Positions 24,779 through 38,567 of a stretch of DNA of 53,571 bases are shown here, one piece after another. The notes beneath the pieces are model-generated. The model was not told where the DNA came from. It saw only the letters and a program-made list of their open reading frames with translations, and searched no databases. Each line of letters begins with the position of its first letter. The stretch's first letter is position 1. The stretch is from NCBI GenBank assembly GCA_038087875.1, contig JAXLNO010000233.1, forward strand, positions 1 to 53,571. Reading direction: 5' to 3'. The DNA comes from Malacoraja senta (Eukaryota). The translations under genes and the position numbers were made by a program.

Positions 24779-25855
24779 ATGAGAAAACTGTCTCCAGCCA
24801 AGAGCCCTCAGAGATCAGTGAAAAGGCTGCTGAGAAACCAGAAGAAGCCTGAAGGAGAAGTTACCTCTGAAGTTTCTGAAGTGGCTGCAGAAATGGATAC
24901 AAGATCTAAGACAGAGTCTGGTAAGGACAAAGAGTTTGATGATTTGAAGAAATCTGTGAAAGATATGAAAGATGAGATTTTGAATGAAAATAAAACTCTG
25001 ATGGAAAATATGGGAGATATGATGGAAAAAATGGAAAAGATGATGAAGGATTCAAATGCTGGTAATCAGAAGGTGATTGATTCACTGGACATTATAAATA
25101 AACGAATTGATGATGTGAAAGATGGACTATCGGAGAGAATGGATAAGATGGAAAAAATTACTACGGACAGGTTCACGGCTGTGCTTGAAACAGTAGCTGC
25201 AAGTATGCTCACAATTACGGAATTGGAGAAAAATATGGCTCGAGTGGTTGAAGACATGGTGAAAATGAGGCAAGAACATGATCAAAGGAAGCAAGAATAT
25301 GAGCAAACTTCAGTACAGATGGTGACTCAATTGGGGAAAGTCTCAGACAAATGCCTGGACCTGGAAGCTCGCTCTAGACGCCAGAATTTGAGAATTCTTG
25401 GAGTCTCAGAGGGAACCGAGGGAAAGGACGTTCGTGAGTTTGCCATGGGCTTACTTAAACATTTGCTTAATCTTCCCAAAGAACCGAAAATTGAAGTGGC
25501 TCATCGTGTTCCAAGATTTAAACAGAGATCTGAAGCTGGAAAAACCCACCCACGACATATTATTGTGAAATTTCGGGACATTTCAGAACTGGAAGATGTC
25601 ATGAGCAAACTCAAATACGGAGTGCAACTACGGATGGACAATGACATTATCAAAATATTCAGGGACTATCCGTATGAAATTGTGCAAAAGAGAAATCAAT
25701 TCGGGAAGGCTAAAGAGCTTTTAAGAGGGGAAACAAGGTGTCAGATTCGGTGTTTTTTATCCAGCCAAAATGCGTATTTCTTTTAATGGTTCTGAAAAGT
25801 CATTTGTAAAACCTAAGGAAGCGTACAAATATGCCCAGAGCATCGTTGAAAAATA
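24779..25855 (+). pseudogene. L1 ORF1p (coiled coil plus RRM/CTD), frameshifted near the 3' end
   Basis: DLEARSRRQNLRILGVSEG, IEVAHRV, PRHIIVKF motifs; frame switch near 25730. Confidence 0.88.
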
Positions 25856-26520
25856 GAAATTAATAGTATGAATTAATTCTAAAAAACGAGAATTCCACGG
25901 TTAATGGAGGTTTGGCAGATTAAAACCATTCCAAGCAGTGTTTTGTTTAGGATGGCCAGACTGTTATCTATGGAATTTTGAATCAAGGACACTCTTTGTT
26001 CAAAACGAGTAAACAGCTGAACTGAACTGTATGGAATATACCAGAAGCATTATTTGTTTAATAGACTACAATATTAAATCCAATTGTAAGATTTTATCCT
26101 ATTAACAACCTAATAATTTAACAAGTTATCTATGTTAGATTAGAATAGCTACGGACGCTAATAAAAATAAAAAATAACGAACTAACAAAACTAATATGAA
26201 TTTTTACTAAATTTAAACCTTATCTATAATTGGGAGAAGGCGATGAGAAACGAGCACCTGGCTTAGGTCCAGGGGCGCGTCTCGTTAACCCCTTCAACCA
26301 ACAGTTGACTATTACTGAAGCTAAAATCATTTGTTTAATAATTAGTAGCTAATAATTTAGTTTTTATTATCACATAAATTCACATGTTTGTGTTTTGTGT
26401 TTAGAGATAAGCGTAAACGGGATATGCCAACAAAACTTAGAAATTCAAAGGTTCTCCCAATACCCAAAGACCTGGGATATGGACGCACCACAAGATTTAA
26501 AGGTACTATAATTATTCAAA

Positions 26521-29500
26521 ATGCAAGATGCTAAACAAAAGAACCTAGGAGGAGTCTCATTCTGTAGTTGGAATATAAGAGGTATTAACGAACCTATTAA
26601 AAGGGCTAAGATACTAGCTCAGCTGAAACTGTACAATTCTGACATTATCTTCTTACAACAAACTCATCTAAAATCTCAGGATCATGCTAGGTTGAGGGCG
26701 AAATGGATAGGTCAAACATACCATTCTTCATTTACTTCGAAATCTAGAGGTACGTCACTCATTATAAGAAAAGGTATACCATTCAAAGCAAAGAATACTA
26801 TAACAGACATTGAAGGGAGATACTCAATAGTTAATGGAGAAATTCACGATACTCCAATTACCTTGGTAAATATATACGCGCTTAACTTTGACAACCCTCA
26901 TTTTTTCAATAAAATTCTGAACATAATCGCAGAGTTTAATTATCAAAATGTTATAATAGGAGACTTTAACTGTGTTTTAGATCCGTATTTAGATAAATCA
27001 AGCCAAAAACAGAGAGGGAATACGAGATCTAAAACCAGTGAATTTTTAAATACTTATATAAACAATACTAATATAGCAGATGTTTGGAGAATTGTTAATC
27101 CAACTGGCAGGGAATACTCGTTTTATTCAATGGTACACAAAACATACTCACGTATAGATTATTTCCTGATGGACACAAATTTAATCCCTCATACTTTTAA
27201 CCCAACATACCATACAAATTCGATTTCAGACCATTCACCACTAACTTTCTTTTTAAAACTGGAAGGAATGTCTAAGAATAAACCGTTTTGGAGATTTAAT
27301 TCTCGCATCCTAAAAGATCCACAAGCGAGTATATATTTAAAAGAACAAATGGACGTGTATCTGGAGTGTCATTTTTGAAATAAATGACACTCCAGATATA
27401 TCGCCTACTGTATTATGGGAATCTTTTAAAGCATACATTAGAGGTATTATAATTTCATATCAAGCTTTTCAAAATAAAAATAATAAGAATGAACAAAGTC
27501 AGTTAGAGGAACTTATTAGACAAATGGATATAGACAATGCTAAAGATCCATCAATAGATAAACATAATAAAATAATAATTTTGAAATTTAAATTAAATAA
27601 ACTATTATCAGCCAAACGTATAAGACTTTTTCAAATTACAAAACAAGAGCACTTTGAATTTGGGGATAAACCACATAAACTTTTGGCTCGCCAGCTAAAA
27701 AAACGAGAAAAAGAACATACGATCCCAAAGATTAAATCAGATAGAGGGGAATTATTAACCATACCGAAGGATATTAATAAAAGATTTGCGCAATTTTATG
27801 AGAATTTGTATACATCTAAAACGACAACTGACTCCTATAAAATTACAGAGTTTTTGGATAATTGTAAGCTTCCAAAGTTGGAGTTGAAGGAACAAGAGGA
27901 ACTGGGAGCACAAATCTCAATTAAGGAATTAGAAGATACAATAAACTCATTAAAGAATGGAAAAACACCAGGTCCTGATGGATTTACCAATGAATTTTAT
28001 AAAAGCTTCTACGACAAAATTATACCACGATTACAAAAAATGTACCAATATGCTTTTAAAACTTGTACCAATGCTTTTAAAAATGTACCAATATGCTACT
28101 TAAAAAAGACAAAGATATAGAAGAACCGGGTTCATATAGAGCTATAGCATTGTTAAACACAGATCAAAAAATATTAGCGAAAACACTAGCTAGAAGATTA
28201 AGTAAATATATTAGTAAACTAATAAACCCAGATCAGACTGGGTTTATCCCTAAAAGATACTCATCTAATAATATGAGACGTCTACTCAATATAATGCACA
28301 TATAAATCTGAAGAACAAGAATTATCAATCATCTCGTTGGACGCTGAAAAAGCATTTGACCAAGTAGAATGGAATTATATGGATAAAGTATTACAAAAAT
28401 TCCAACTGGGAGTGAATTTTATTTTATGGATTAAACTATTATATAATAAACCTACAGCTAGAATATTAACTAATAACATATTATCCTCGAAATTTCAACA
28501 ATCAAGGGGAAATAGACAAGGATGCTCATTATCACCACAGTTGTTTGCTCTCATAATTGAACCATTAGCAGAAAAAATTAGAACACACCCAGATATCCAT
28601 GGGTATAATACTAAATATTCAAATAATAAAATATCTTTATACGCGGATGATATATTACTGTACATTACAAAACCTCAAATTATTATACCAAATATATTAA
28701 ACTTAATTGAGGATTTTGGAACCTTTTCTGGATATAGAATAAACTGGAATAAAAGTGAAATTATGTCAATAAAACCGAAAGACTCAACACATCTTTTAAA
28801 ATTCCCTTTTAAAATAGCTACAGAAAAATTTAAATACTTGGAAATCGAAATCACTAGAACATATCAAGGCATGTTTAAAGCAAATTTTGATCCCTTAAAT
28901 TAAATACACTAATTAAATTTTGGAAAACGCTCCCGATGTCACAAAATAGGCCGAATAAATGCAATAAAAATGATCTTTTACCACAAATTTTATACCTATT
29001 TCAATCGATTCCTATATACCTACCAAAGAAGTTTAAAAAAAAACTGAATTCAGACATTACAAATTTTATATGGGACTATAAATCACATAGAATACAAAGA
29101 ACACACTTGAACAAAGCTAAAGTATTAGTGGGCTTAGCACTCCCTAATTTCATGTATTACTATTGGTCAGTAAATATTAAAAATATGATTCAACTGATGG
29201 ACAACTCTGCCCAGCAAGTGGACTGGATTGTAATGGAGAGAGAGGACTGCACCTCTGGAAACATTGGAACAATAGGTAGCAAGGTGAAAAGTAAAAGTGG
29301 CAGGCAGACAAATCCAGGGCAAAAATCAAAAAGAGCCACTTTCCAACATAATTGTATGAGGGGTAAGAGCGTTGTAAAAACAAACCTGAAGGCTTTGTGT
29401 CTCAATGCAAGGAGCATTCGTAATAAGGTCGATGAGTTGAACGTGCAGATAGCAATTAATGATTATGATATAGTTGGGATCACGGAGACATGGCTCCAGG

Positions 29501-32500
29501 GTGACCAAGGCTGGGAGCTGAACATCCAGGGATATTCAATATTCAGGAGGGATAGAGAGAAAGGAAAAGGAGGTGGGGTAGCGTTGCTGGTTAGAGAGGA
29601 GATTAACGCAGTGGAAAGGAAGGACATTAGCTTGGAGGATGTGGAATCGGTATGGGTAGAGCTACGAAATACTAAGGGGCAGAAAACGCTGGTGGGTGTT
29701 GTGTACAGGCCACCTAGCAGTAGTAGTGAAGTTGGGGATGGCATCAAACAGGAAATTAGAAATGCGTGCAACAAAGGCAAAACAGTTATAATGGGTGACT
29801 TCAATCTACATATAGATTGGGTGAATCAAATTGGCAGGGGTGCTGAGGAAGAGGATTTCTTGGAATGTATGAGGGATAGTTATCTAAACCAACATGTAGA
29901 GGAACCAACGAGAGAGCAGGCTATTCTAGACTGGGTATTGAGTAATGAGGAAGGGTTAGTTAGCAGACTTGTTGTGCGTGCCCCCTTGGGCAAGAGTGAC
30001 CATAATATGGTTGAGTTCTTCATTAGGATGGAGAGTGACATTGTTAATTCAGAAACAACGGTTCTGAACTTAAAGAAAGGTAACTTTGAGGATATGAGAC
30101 GTGAATTGGCCAAGATTGACTAGCAATTAGTTCTAAAAGGGTTGATGGTGGATATGCAATGGAAGGCATTTAAAGACTGCATGGATAAACTACAAAAAAT
30201 GTTCTTCCCAGTTTGGCAAAAGAATAAATCAGGGAAGGTAGTGCATCCGTGGATAACAAGGGAAATCAGGGATAGTATCAAAGCAAAAGATGTTGCGTAC
30301 AAATTAGCCAGAAAAAGCAGCATACCAGAGGACTGGGAGAAATTCAGAGACCAGCAGAGGAGGACAAAGGGCTTAATTAGGAAAGGGAAAATAGATCATG
30401 AAAGGAAACTGGCAGGGAACATAAAAACTGACTGCAAAAGTTTTTATAGATATGTGAAGAGAAAGAGATTAGTTAAAACAAATGTAGGTCCCTTGCAGTC
30501 AGAAACAGGTGAATTGATCATGGGGAACAAGGATATGGCGGACCAATTGAATAACTACTTTGGTTCCGTCTTCACTAAGGAAGACATAAATAATCTGCCG
30601 GAAATAGCAGGGGGCCGCGGGTCAAAGGAGATGGAGGAACTGAGTGAAATCCAGGTTAGTCGGGAAGTGGTGTTAGGTAAATTGAATGGATTAAAGGCCG
30701 ATAAATCACCAGGGCCAGATAGGCTGCATCCTAGAGTACTTAAGGAAGTAGCTCCAGAAATAGTGGATGCATTAGTGATAATTTTTCAAAATTCTTTAGA
30801 TTCTGGAGTAGTTCCTGAGGATTGGAGGTTAGCAAACGTAACCCCACTTTTTAAGAAGGGAGGGAGAGAGAAAACGGGGAATTACAGACCAGTTAGTCTA
30901 ACATCGGTAGTGGGGAAACTGCTAGAGTCAGTTATTAAAGATGGGATAGCAGCACATTTGGAAAGTGGTGAAATCATTGGACAAAGTCAGCATGGATTTA
31001 CGAAAGGTAAATCGTGTCTGACGAATCTTATAGAATTTTTCGAGGATGTAACTAGTAGAGTGGATAGGGGAGAACCAGTGGATGTGTTGTATCTGGACTT
31101 TCAGAAGGCTTTCGACAAGGTACCACATAAGAGATTAGGATACAAACTTAAATCACACGGTATTGCGGGTTCAGTATTGATGTGGATAGAGAACTGGCTG
31201 GCAAACAGGAAGCAAAGAGTAGGAGTAAAGGGGTCCTTTTCACAATGGCAGGCAGTGACTAGTGGGGTACCGCAAGGCTCAGTGCTGGGACCCCAGCTAT
31301 TTACAATTTATATTAATGATCTGGACGAGGGAATTGAAAGCAACATCTCCAAGTTTGCGGATGACACTAAGCTGGGGGGCAGTGTTAGCTGTGAGGAGGA
31401 TGCTAGGAGACTGCAAGGTGACTTGGATAGGCTGGGTGAGTGGGCAAATGTTTGGCAGATGCAGTATAATGTGGATAAATGTGAGGTTATCCACTTTGGT
31501 GGCAAAAACGGGAAGGCAGACTATTATCTAAATGGTGGCCGATTAGGAAATGGGGAGGTGCAGCGAGACCTGGGTGTCATGGTACACCAGTCATTGAAAG
31601 TAGGCATGCAGGTGCAGCAGGCAGTGAAGAAAGCGAATGGTATGTTGGCCTTCATAGCAAGAGGATTTGAGTATAGGAGCAGGGAGGTTCTACTGCAGTT
31701 GTACAGGGTCTTGGTGAGACCACACCTGGAGTATTGCGTGGAGTTTTGGTCTCCAAATCTGAGGAAGGACATTATAGCCATAGAGGGAGTGCAGAGAAGG
31801 TTCACCAGACTGATTCCTGGGATGTCAGGACTTTCATATGAAGAAAGACTGGATAGACTTGGCTTATACTCGCTAGAATTTAGGAGATTGAGAGGGGATC
31901 TTAAGGAAACGTACAAAATTCTTATGGGGTTGGACAGGCTAGATGCAGGAAGATTGTTCCCGATGTTGGGGAAGTCCAGGACAAGGGGTCGCAGCTTAAG
32001 GATAAGGGGGAAATCCTTTAAGACCGAGATGAGGAAAAACTTTTTCACACAGAGAGTGGTGAATCTCTGGAACTCTCTGCCACAGAGGGTAGTTGACGCC
32101 AGTTCATTGGCTATATTTAAGAGGGAGTTAGATGTGGCCCTTGTGGCTAAAGGGATCAGGGGGTATGGAGAGAAGGCAGGTACGGGATACCGAGTTGGAT
32201 GATCAGCCATGATCATATTGAATGGCGGTGCAGGCTCGAAGGGCCGAATGGCCTACTCCTGCACCTATTTTCTATGTATCTATGTATGTATCCTTCTCTC
32301 ACCAATGAAACTGAATAACATAAATTATAACAAAAACCCAATTATACATAGCACAATTAGAACTTGGAAACAAATAAAACAAAATTTAAAATTAAGAAAT
32401 GTATCGCTTTTATCTCCCATAATTAATAACCCTTCATTCTATCCCTCTATTACAGACAAATCTTTCATACAATGGGATAGACTAGGAATTAAAACGTTCG

Positions 32501-33322
32501 GTGACTTGTACGAAACTGGAAAATTACTATCATTCCAACAATTACAAATAAAATATAAACTCGGAAATAATCAATATTTTAAATATTTTCAAATATGTAA
32601 CTATTTGAAAAAATATACAAAAGATCATCATAATACCTCAACAGGTGTATTGGATGAAGCAATGCAGATAAAAGCTGAATCAGCAAACTTAATATCATAT
32701 TTGTATAATATTATTTTATTTGTAGAAATACCATCTACGGAAGGTATTAGAAGAGACTGGGAACAAGAATTAGCTATTAAAATTTCAAAGGAAAGGTGGA
32801 ATGAATATTTATTAAACGTGCATAAATGTTCGATTAATGTAAGACACACTTTAATACAATTTAAAATTTTACATAGATTATATTATTCTAAAACTAAAAT
32901 CAATAAAATATTCCCAAATGTATCATCAATTTGTGATAAATGTCAATCTCAAGAAGCTACTATAGCGCACTCATTTGTTTTCTGTACAAAAATTCAAAAA
33001 TTTTGGATTGAAATTTTTGAATTTTTTACAAAATTATTTAAAAATTAAACTGATACCCAAAGCAGAATGGATTATCTTCGGAACAACGGAAGATAGTCCA
33101 GAACTAAATGTGTTCCAAAAGAAATTAATAGACTATGGGTTAATAACTGGAAAAAAGTTCATCCTAAAATTCTGGAAAAACGCTCCAATACCAACTATAA
33201 ACATGTAGATTTCAAATATGTTCGAAACATTACACTTAGAAGAGATAAGACTCCTACTGGCAGGTAAACCAGATCACTTCCACCTGACGTGGTCTGCATT
33301 TATAGAATTATTACAAGTATAG
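26521..33322 (+). pseudogene. L1 ORF2p (EN-RT), multiple frameshifts and stops, split by CR1
   Basis: Consecutive ORF pieces 26521, 27524, 28093, 28337, 28936, 32209 and 32975 carry EN, RT and C-terminal motifs in order. Confidence 0.9.
29274..32291 (+). mobile_element. Young CR1 LINE with EN and RT, one premature stop (TAG 30121)
   Basis: LNARSI, GITETWL, VYRPP, GDFN, SDH, FADD; nearly identical to 11762-14118; removing it rejoins L1 ORF2 as GNIGT-ILLSP. Confidence 0.95.
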
Positions 33323-33871
33323 GGTGCAAAAGTACTAAAAAATAAAAAAAAACTGAGGTCAGGTAAGGGGGGGATGAAAGCTGGAGAGTTGGTATGTCCC
33401 ATTTGCGTGATGCTTACAAAAAAAATATCTGTTTTTCTCTTTTCCCTCTTTCTCTTTTTTCTTCTTTTTTAGGGTCTATTTCTTAACTCTTTCCTTTTGT
33501 GTTTAATTTCTTTCTTATAGGGTCTTTGTCTTTTTTTATTTTTTATTATTTTTTTTTGGTCACATTTTTTACACCTTCACTTTTTTCCTTCTCTTCTTTC
33601 TCTCAATCTTATCCTTTCCCTTTATTAGTGTAGAAAATAAATGGAGTACATTAATTGTAATAAGATATATGTGATGAGTACTAGTGTAATTGGTTGTAAT
33701 GTAATGTACTTCTAATAAATAAAATTTAAATTTTTTTAATAATTTTTTTTTTTTTAAATAGTGACTCCTCTGAATAAATCAATTTAATTTAGTCTGTATG
33801 ATTCTGAGATGTTATATATGATTCTGAGATGATAATAAAATCAATTCAATTTAGTCTGTATGATTCTTCGA

Positions 33872-34185
33872 GGTCACGGTGGTGCAGCGGTAGATTTGCT
33901 GCCTTACAGCGAATGCAGCGCCGGAGACCCGGGTTTGATCCTGACTACGGGTGCTCTCTGTACGCAGTTTGTACGTTCTCCCCATGATCTGCGTGGGTTT
34001 TCTCCGAGATCTTCAGTTTCCTCCCACACTCCAAAGACGTACTGGTTTGTAGGTTAATTGGCTTGGTATAAATGTAAATTGTCCCTAGCCTGTGTAAGAT
34101 AATGTTAATGTGCTGGTCAGTGCGGACCCGGTGGGCCGAAGGGCCTGTTTTCGCGCTGTATCTCTAAAACTAAAAAAACTAAAAA
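33872..34185 (+). mobile_element. HE1-like tRNA-derived V-SINE
   Basis: A-box ggtgcagcgg, B-box ggtttgatcc, V-domain gtttgtacgttctcccc..gcgtgggttttctcc, tail tatctctaaaactaaaa. Confidence 0.8.
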
Positions 34186-34394
34186 CGAATCTAATAAGAG
34201 TGATTAAAAACACCGGCCCTTGGGAAGCTGAAACAAAGTACAGAAGCTACTTAAAAGACAGTGAAAACAACAATGTTTTATCTTATCACCGATTCATTTT
34301 GCATCACAAGTTCCTCCAGTGCTTTTATCCTGACCTCTTTATAAAATTGTGAGATTACAAATTGTTGAACTTAAAATTTCCTTTTATATTTTAG

Positions 34395-34492
34395 ACATGG
34401 AAGAACCAATCCAACAGATGGCAAGAAACAATCAATCTCAAGATCGGCAGCCAGTCCCATTTACATCACTGGGCCATAAAACAAGGCAACAA
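34395..34492 (+). CDS. soul4: soul4-like coding exon 2
   Basis: ttttag acceptor; (D)MEEPIQQMARNNQSQDRQPVPFTSLGHKTRQQ; phase-0 donor CAA/gtaaca (weak, so the 3' boundary is less certain). Confidence 0.8.
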
Positions 34493-34788
34493 GTAACAAT
34501 GAAGGCCCATTTAATGAGACTAGATAAGAATAAATAATTCTGCAAAAATGAGAAGGTGCAAGTGGTGCTATTAATAGGGGAGAAGCTCAGTATGAGAAAT
34601 ATTCTTGGCTTGGCAGTTCATTATGTAGAATTAGGATCAGCTCAGGTGAAGTTGAGAAACAGCAAATGGCAGAAAATTCCAATGGAAGTTATTAATAGGC
34701 CACCAAATCATATTTTATTTTGGGCACAGCATAAATTAGTAGATTAGAGCTGCATGTAACTTGGGTAATATAGATTTCAATCTACATA

Positions 34789-36079
34789 TGTGTATTTTTA
34801 CAATACTGGCACACAATAATGTGACAAAGGGGGTCAAATTTCAAATTCCTTCAAAAAAGTTGACAAGCACTTTATTGGGTTCATGACTAACATAGTATCA
34901 ACAAAAAATAAGAAAAGATAGCATATTGATTGCAAGTTTCCAAAAATTGCATCAAAATACACAAATACATTTTGTGTAACGGTTGTCACGTGGTGTCCAC
35001 CTGGTTGGCACAGTAAGTGCACGTATTTCTTATTCCTTTCTATGTTTATGAATACCACATGGAACAATAAAATTGCAAACACCGTTTCCACTTCATTCAC
35101 CTGATCATGTACTCGAATATTGCATCCATCCGAGTGGACACTGCAACGTGCGTTACACGATCATACACACAAATGGTGGACCCGCAAAGGTTTGGTGTCC
35201 CAGAAAACAAACGTTACATTATCAGAGAAAACCAAATTATATCCATAGATAGAAAAAACGGCACATTACCTTACGGATTTGAGCTATATCAATGGCTGAT
35301 AATTCGTCGGAAGGTTTGATTTGGGATGATTTTTTAGTAAGTTAAATGTCTCCATAACGGTCGTTGTGGAGCTTCCGGAGGTTGACACGAAGGAATGAAG
35401 TTAGCGACTTGGTCCGTACGAAAGGTAAACAAGAGACAGTGTGTTGCCAAATTGAAGACTGGCTCAGCTTTTTTTTGATGAACAATTTATGCCCCCCAAT
35501 TTTTTTTTATTGACTTAAAAAAGTCGGAATATATCATAAAATATGTGTTTTTGACATCACGATATTTTTGGTATATTAAATGTGAATATAAGAAAAATAA
35601 TTAACTCGCCCAAAAATCACTACTACCATAGGATGCATCGTTGGGGTTGGTGAAAAGCAGTAGAGGTTTGGAGCCTCCACAGTTTAACTTACGGAGGTAC
35701 CGACTGCGATAACGGTCGTTGTGACAATGGACACCAAGCACAACTACCATTACGGGATCTTTGCCAGGCTGAATACCAGACATCTTACTGAATTTTTTTT
35801 CCTGGTATTGATGAAGATATTTCCCTAGATCATTATCAAAACGTATATGTATGAGGGGCCATATGAAGTTTATTTATGAATAAATGGTGGTAAAACGATG
35901 AAAATTTGTCTGTTATGAAAAAAGTTTTTGACTTTCAGTCTTGAAGTTATCTAATTTATATCTGTTATTTGTAAGGTTTCACATGATGGGTAGATTTTTT
36001 TTAAGAACAGTGAATTGGTGTAAAAACCTGAATAATAATCCCGTTCCTCAAAATCTCTCCAGTATTGTAAAAATACACA
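34789..36079. mobile_element. Non-autonomous TIR DNA transposon in an old CR1 remnant
   Basis: Perfect 21-bp TIR TGTGTATTTTTACAATACTGG; excision restores CR1 sequence tctacatatagatt; TSD TA (or ATAT). Confidence 0.82.
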
Positions 36080-36451
36080 TATAGATTTAATAAGACGAAT
36101 TAGCAGTAATACGGTTGTGAAAGAATTCATGGAATGTACAAGAGATGTTTCCTAGAATTTTAAATGTTGAGCAACCAATTAGGGAACGGTCATTCAAAAT
36201 ATAGCATTGTGAATTTTTTAAAATGGTTAATTGATGGGGCCTGTTAGGGAACAGTTGCCATTATATTATAGAAATGAAAACAATTTAAAATTAGGTCCTT
36301 GAATCGAGAAAATAACTACAAAGGTATGGAGTGGGTTGGGGGGGGGGGGGGGACAAGGGATGCTGGCTGTGATTGAAGGAGAAACTGCATTGAGAAAAAT
36401 GGCAATGGAATTGGCATTTACGAAAATACACAATTTGCAATCAAATATATA

Positions 36452-36926
36452 CAGGGAGTCCTCAGGTTACGGAAGATCAGATTTATGAAAATTCTCCAGA
36501 CTGCTCTCAGATATAGTATCAAATCCCCTCACCGGCAAACAAAGCAGAGATACAAAAAGCCAGTGCCTTTTCCAAACATTCCTTCAGGTCACATAAAACA
36601 TTACAACTCTCTAGCCATTTCTTGTTCACACACATTATTTTATTGAATTCCCGGTCATTTTTTTGCTGATTAACAGAACAGCTTCGCGCACACCCACCCC
36701 CTCTGTTACCCCACCTAGTAGAGTATTTAGACAAACATCTGTCACAGTTCATTTGCTGGTGAAGCTCCAACCACTTATGCTAACTGTCCCCAGTCAGTCC
36801 TCGAGGCCTGTCAAGGCTAAAGATTTCACAATTTTTTTAGGAAATTGTTCGTTTCCAATGTACAGATAATACATGTTCCCAACCGTTCAAAGGAACCAAA
36901 AAATGATGTAACCCTGAGACGTCCTG
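36452..36926. mobile_element. Degenerate Tigger/mariner-like MITE
   Basis: TA-CAGGGAGTCCTCAGGTTACG versus inverted CAGGACGTCTCAGGGTTACA; right TA not preserved. Confidence 0.4.
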
Positions 36927-37734
36927 TTTCTTTTAAGGTTCAATAAGCCCAACAGGTTGGCAGAAATTATAGAAAGTATTAACAGAGACTTGGAGAGACC
37001 AACCATAAACTGAAACTCCTGGGCTCTGTCCACAATGGGCATCTAAAGTTTCTGGTTGGATTCTGTTTTCCCACTCCCACATCAACCTGTCCTCAACCTG
37101 CTATGATGAGGTCAAACACAAAGTAGAAGACCAACCTCATATTCTGCTTGGGTAGATTACAAGCCGAATAGTATGAACACTGATTTTTGTAATTTCAGGT
37201 GATCCACACCCCTGATCTTCTTTCTCCTCCCAATCACAGTCATCTACCCACCTTGGTTTCTTCTCCTTTGTTCATCTTTCCAATCCCTTTCTCCTCTCCA
37301 ACACCTGATTCTTGCTGCCCATAATTTGAATCTATCTATCACCAACTCTCCCACACCTCCCTCTTACTGCTGTATGCTGGCAATCTTGCCTCTTCTTTCT
37401 TTCCTGATATAGGGTCTCAATCTGAAACAGAAATATACACCTTCAAGTTCTTCAAATGTTCTATTTCTTGTTGGTGTATATAGTTGCTAAGAATAACAGT
37501 AGTCCTGAGATTTGAGAGCATTTTACAACCAAAGGACCATAAACATGCCAAAGTTAAGGTTGAATGCTGGAATAAACTGACAAGAAACATAAATGGACTT
37601 GATACATGCATTTTAAAAAGGAAAAGAATCACAGCTCCTAAAACATAAAATGTCAATAATTTCTCAATATTTGGTCAATCAAATATTATTTAGGATGACA
37701 GAAAAATAAATTTGCTTTCCATTTTTTCCGACAG

Positions 37735-37876
37735 GCTGATGAACCATTGTATGAAAAACGGCAATATGAGAAAGCCAAATGGGCTTGTGTAACCCAGAAT
37801 GAACCTAGCTATGAGCAGAGCATATGCAAGGGATTCATGAAATTGATGAAATACATTTGTCAACAAAACTCAACAG
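37735..37876 (+). CDS. soul4: soul4-like coding exon 3 (SOUL domain)
   Basis: ADEPLYEKRQYEKAKWACVTQNEPSYEQSICKGFMKLMKYICQQNST; YE-R-Y...W and GFMKLMKYI are SOUL/HEBP signatures; acag/gtgatt. Confidence 0.92.
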
Positions 37877-38383
37877 GTGATTCTCAGAAATAATTTACAC
37901 CCAGCTAATGATGTTCAATAGCAGTTAGAAAAGCAAGATAATTAATTTTCAACAATAATATCTTTTCTTGCTGGTATTTAGAAGGAATAATATTTGACTA
38001 ATCTGCACCAGCTTTAATCGCAACTTTATACATCAAGATAACGTTGCCTAAGTTAGTAAATGTTAACAATGAAAATGTAAACTGTATTTAGGGCATTTGG
38101 TTAAGTTGAGATATTGCACATATAGAACATCTATGGTATATTGTATCCTAAATTTCAAATACCGATATAGTGAAGAATAATTTGGACGGTGATTTGAAGA
38201 ACTTGTTTACTGTTAACAGTATCCTTCTTCCGTCCTTTCAAGTGTGTCATATTTTCTAAATAAAAGGAAATCTACAATATTTTATTGCTTTTCACAGATA
38301 GAAAAAACATAACTGGTATTCCTTTGCCAAAAAATATCTATTGTAAATGTCCAGTAAACCACAGGACTGCCTTGTTTTTGCAG

Positions 38384-38567
38384 GACTTTTCCTGGGAATG
38401 ACATTACCTATTGCCACCATTGTGCACACCAACCAGAACAGATCAGAACTCTTGCCTGGAGTAACCACTGCTTACTACATCCCCACTCACTTCCAACATC
38501 AGGTTCCGCAGCCCTTCGATGCTGACATTGTCATAGATGAATCGCCTGCTCGCATCATTTACACAAG
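38384..38567 (+). CDS. soul4: soul4-like coding exon 4
   Basis: (G)LFLGMTLPIAT...TAYYIPTHFQHQVPQPFDADIVIDESPARIIYT(R); GMT-P and P-P-D SOUL motifs; ends at GC donor AAG/gcaagt, phase 2. Confidence 0.88.

Larger units (their letters stand above)
24585..33756 (+). mobile_element. Full-length decayed L1 LINE containing a CR1 insertion
   Basis: GACTTCCGG 5' end, ORF1, long spacer, fragmented ORF2 (SWNIRG, GDFN, SDH, YADD, C-x2-C...H...C knuckle), T-rich 3' UTR, AATAAA; degenerate TSD AATAGTAACCC/AATAGTGACTC. Confidence 0.92.

Noticed and set aside
28936..30123. 395-aa ORF as a novel host gene
   Set aside because: It is an L1 ORF2/CR1 junction product
31524..32216. Long antisense ORFs (also 13348-13740, 15046-15816, 49068-49586)
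   Set aside because: Shadow frames of CR1 or Penelope coding sequence, repeated in each copy
33772..33868. Short repeats resembling a CRISPR array (also 28036-28100)
   Set aside because: Only 2-3 local tandem duplications without unique spacers, in eukaryotic DNA
34480..34492. GC donor AG/GCAACA for soul4 exon 2
   Set aside because: Wrong phase for exon 3 and poor consensus; the GT at 34493 keeps the frame
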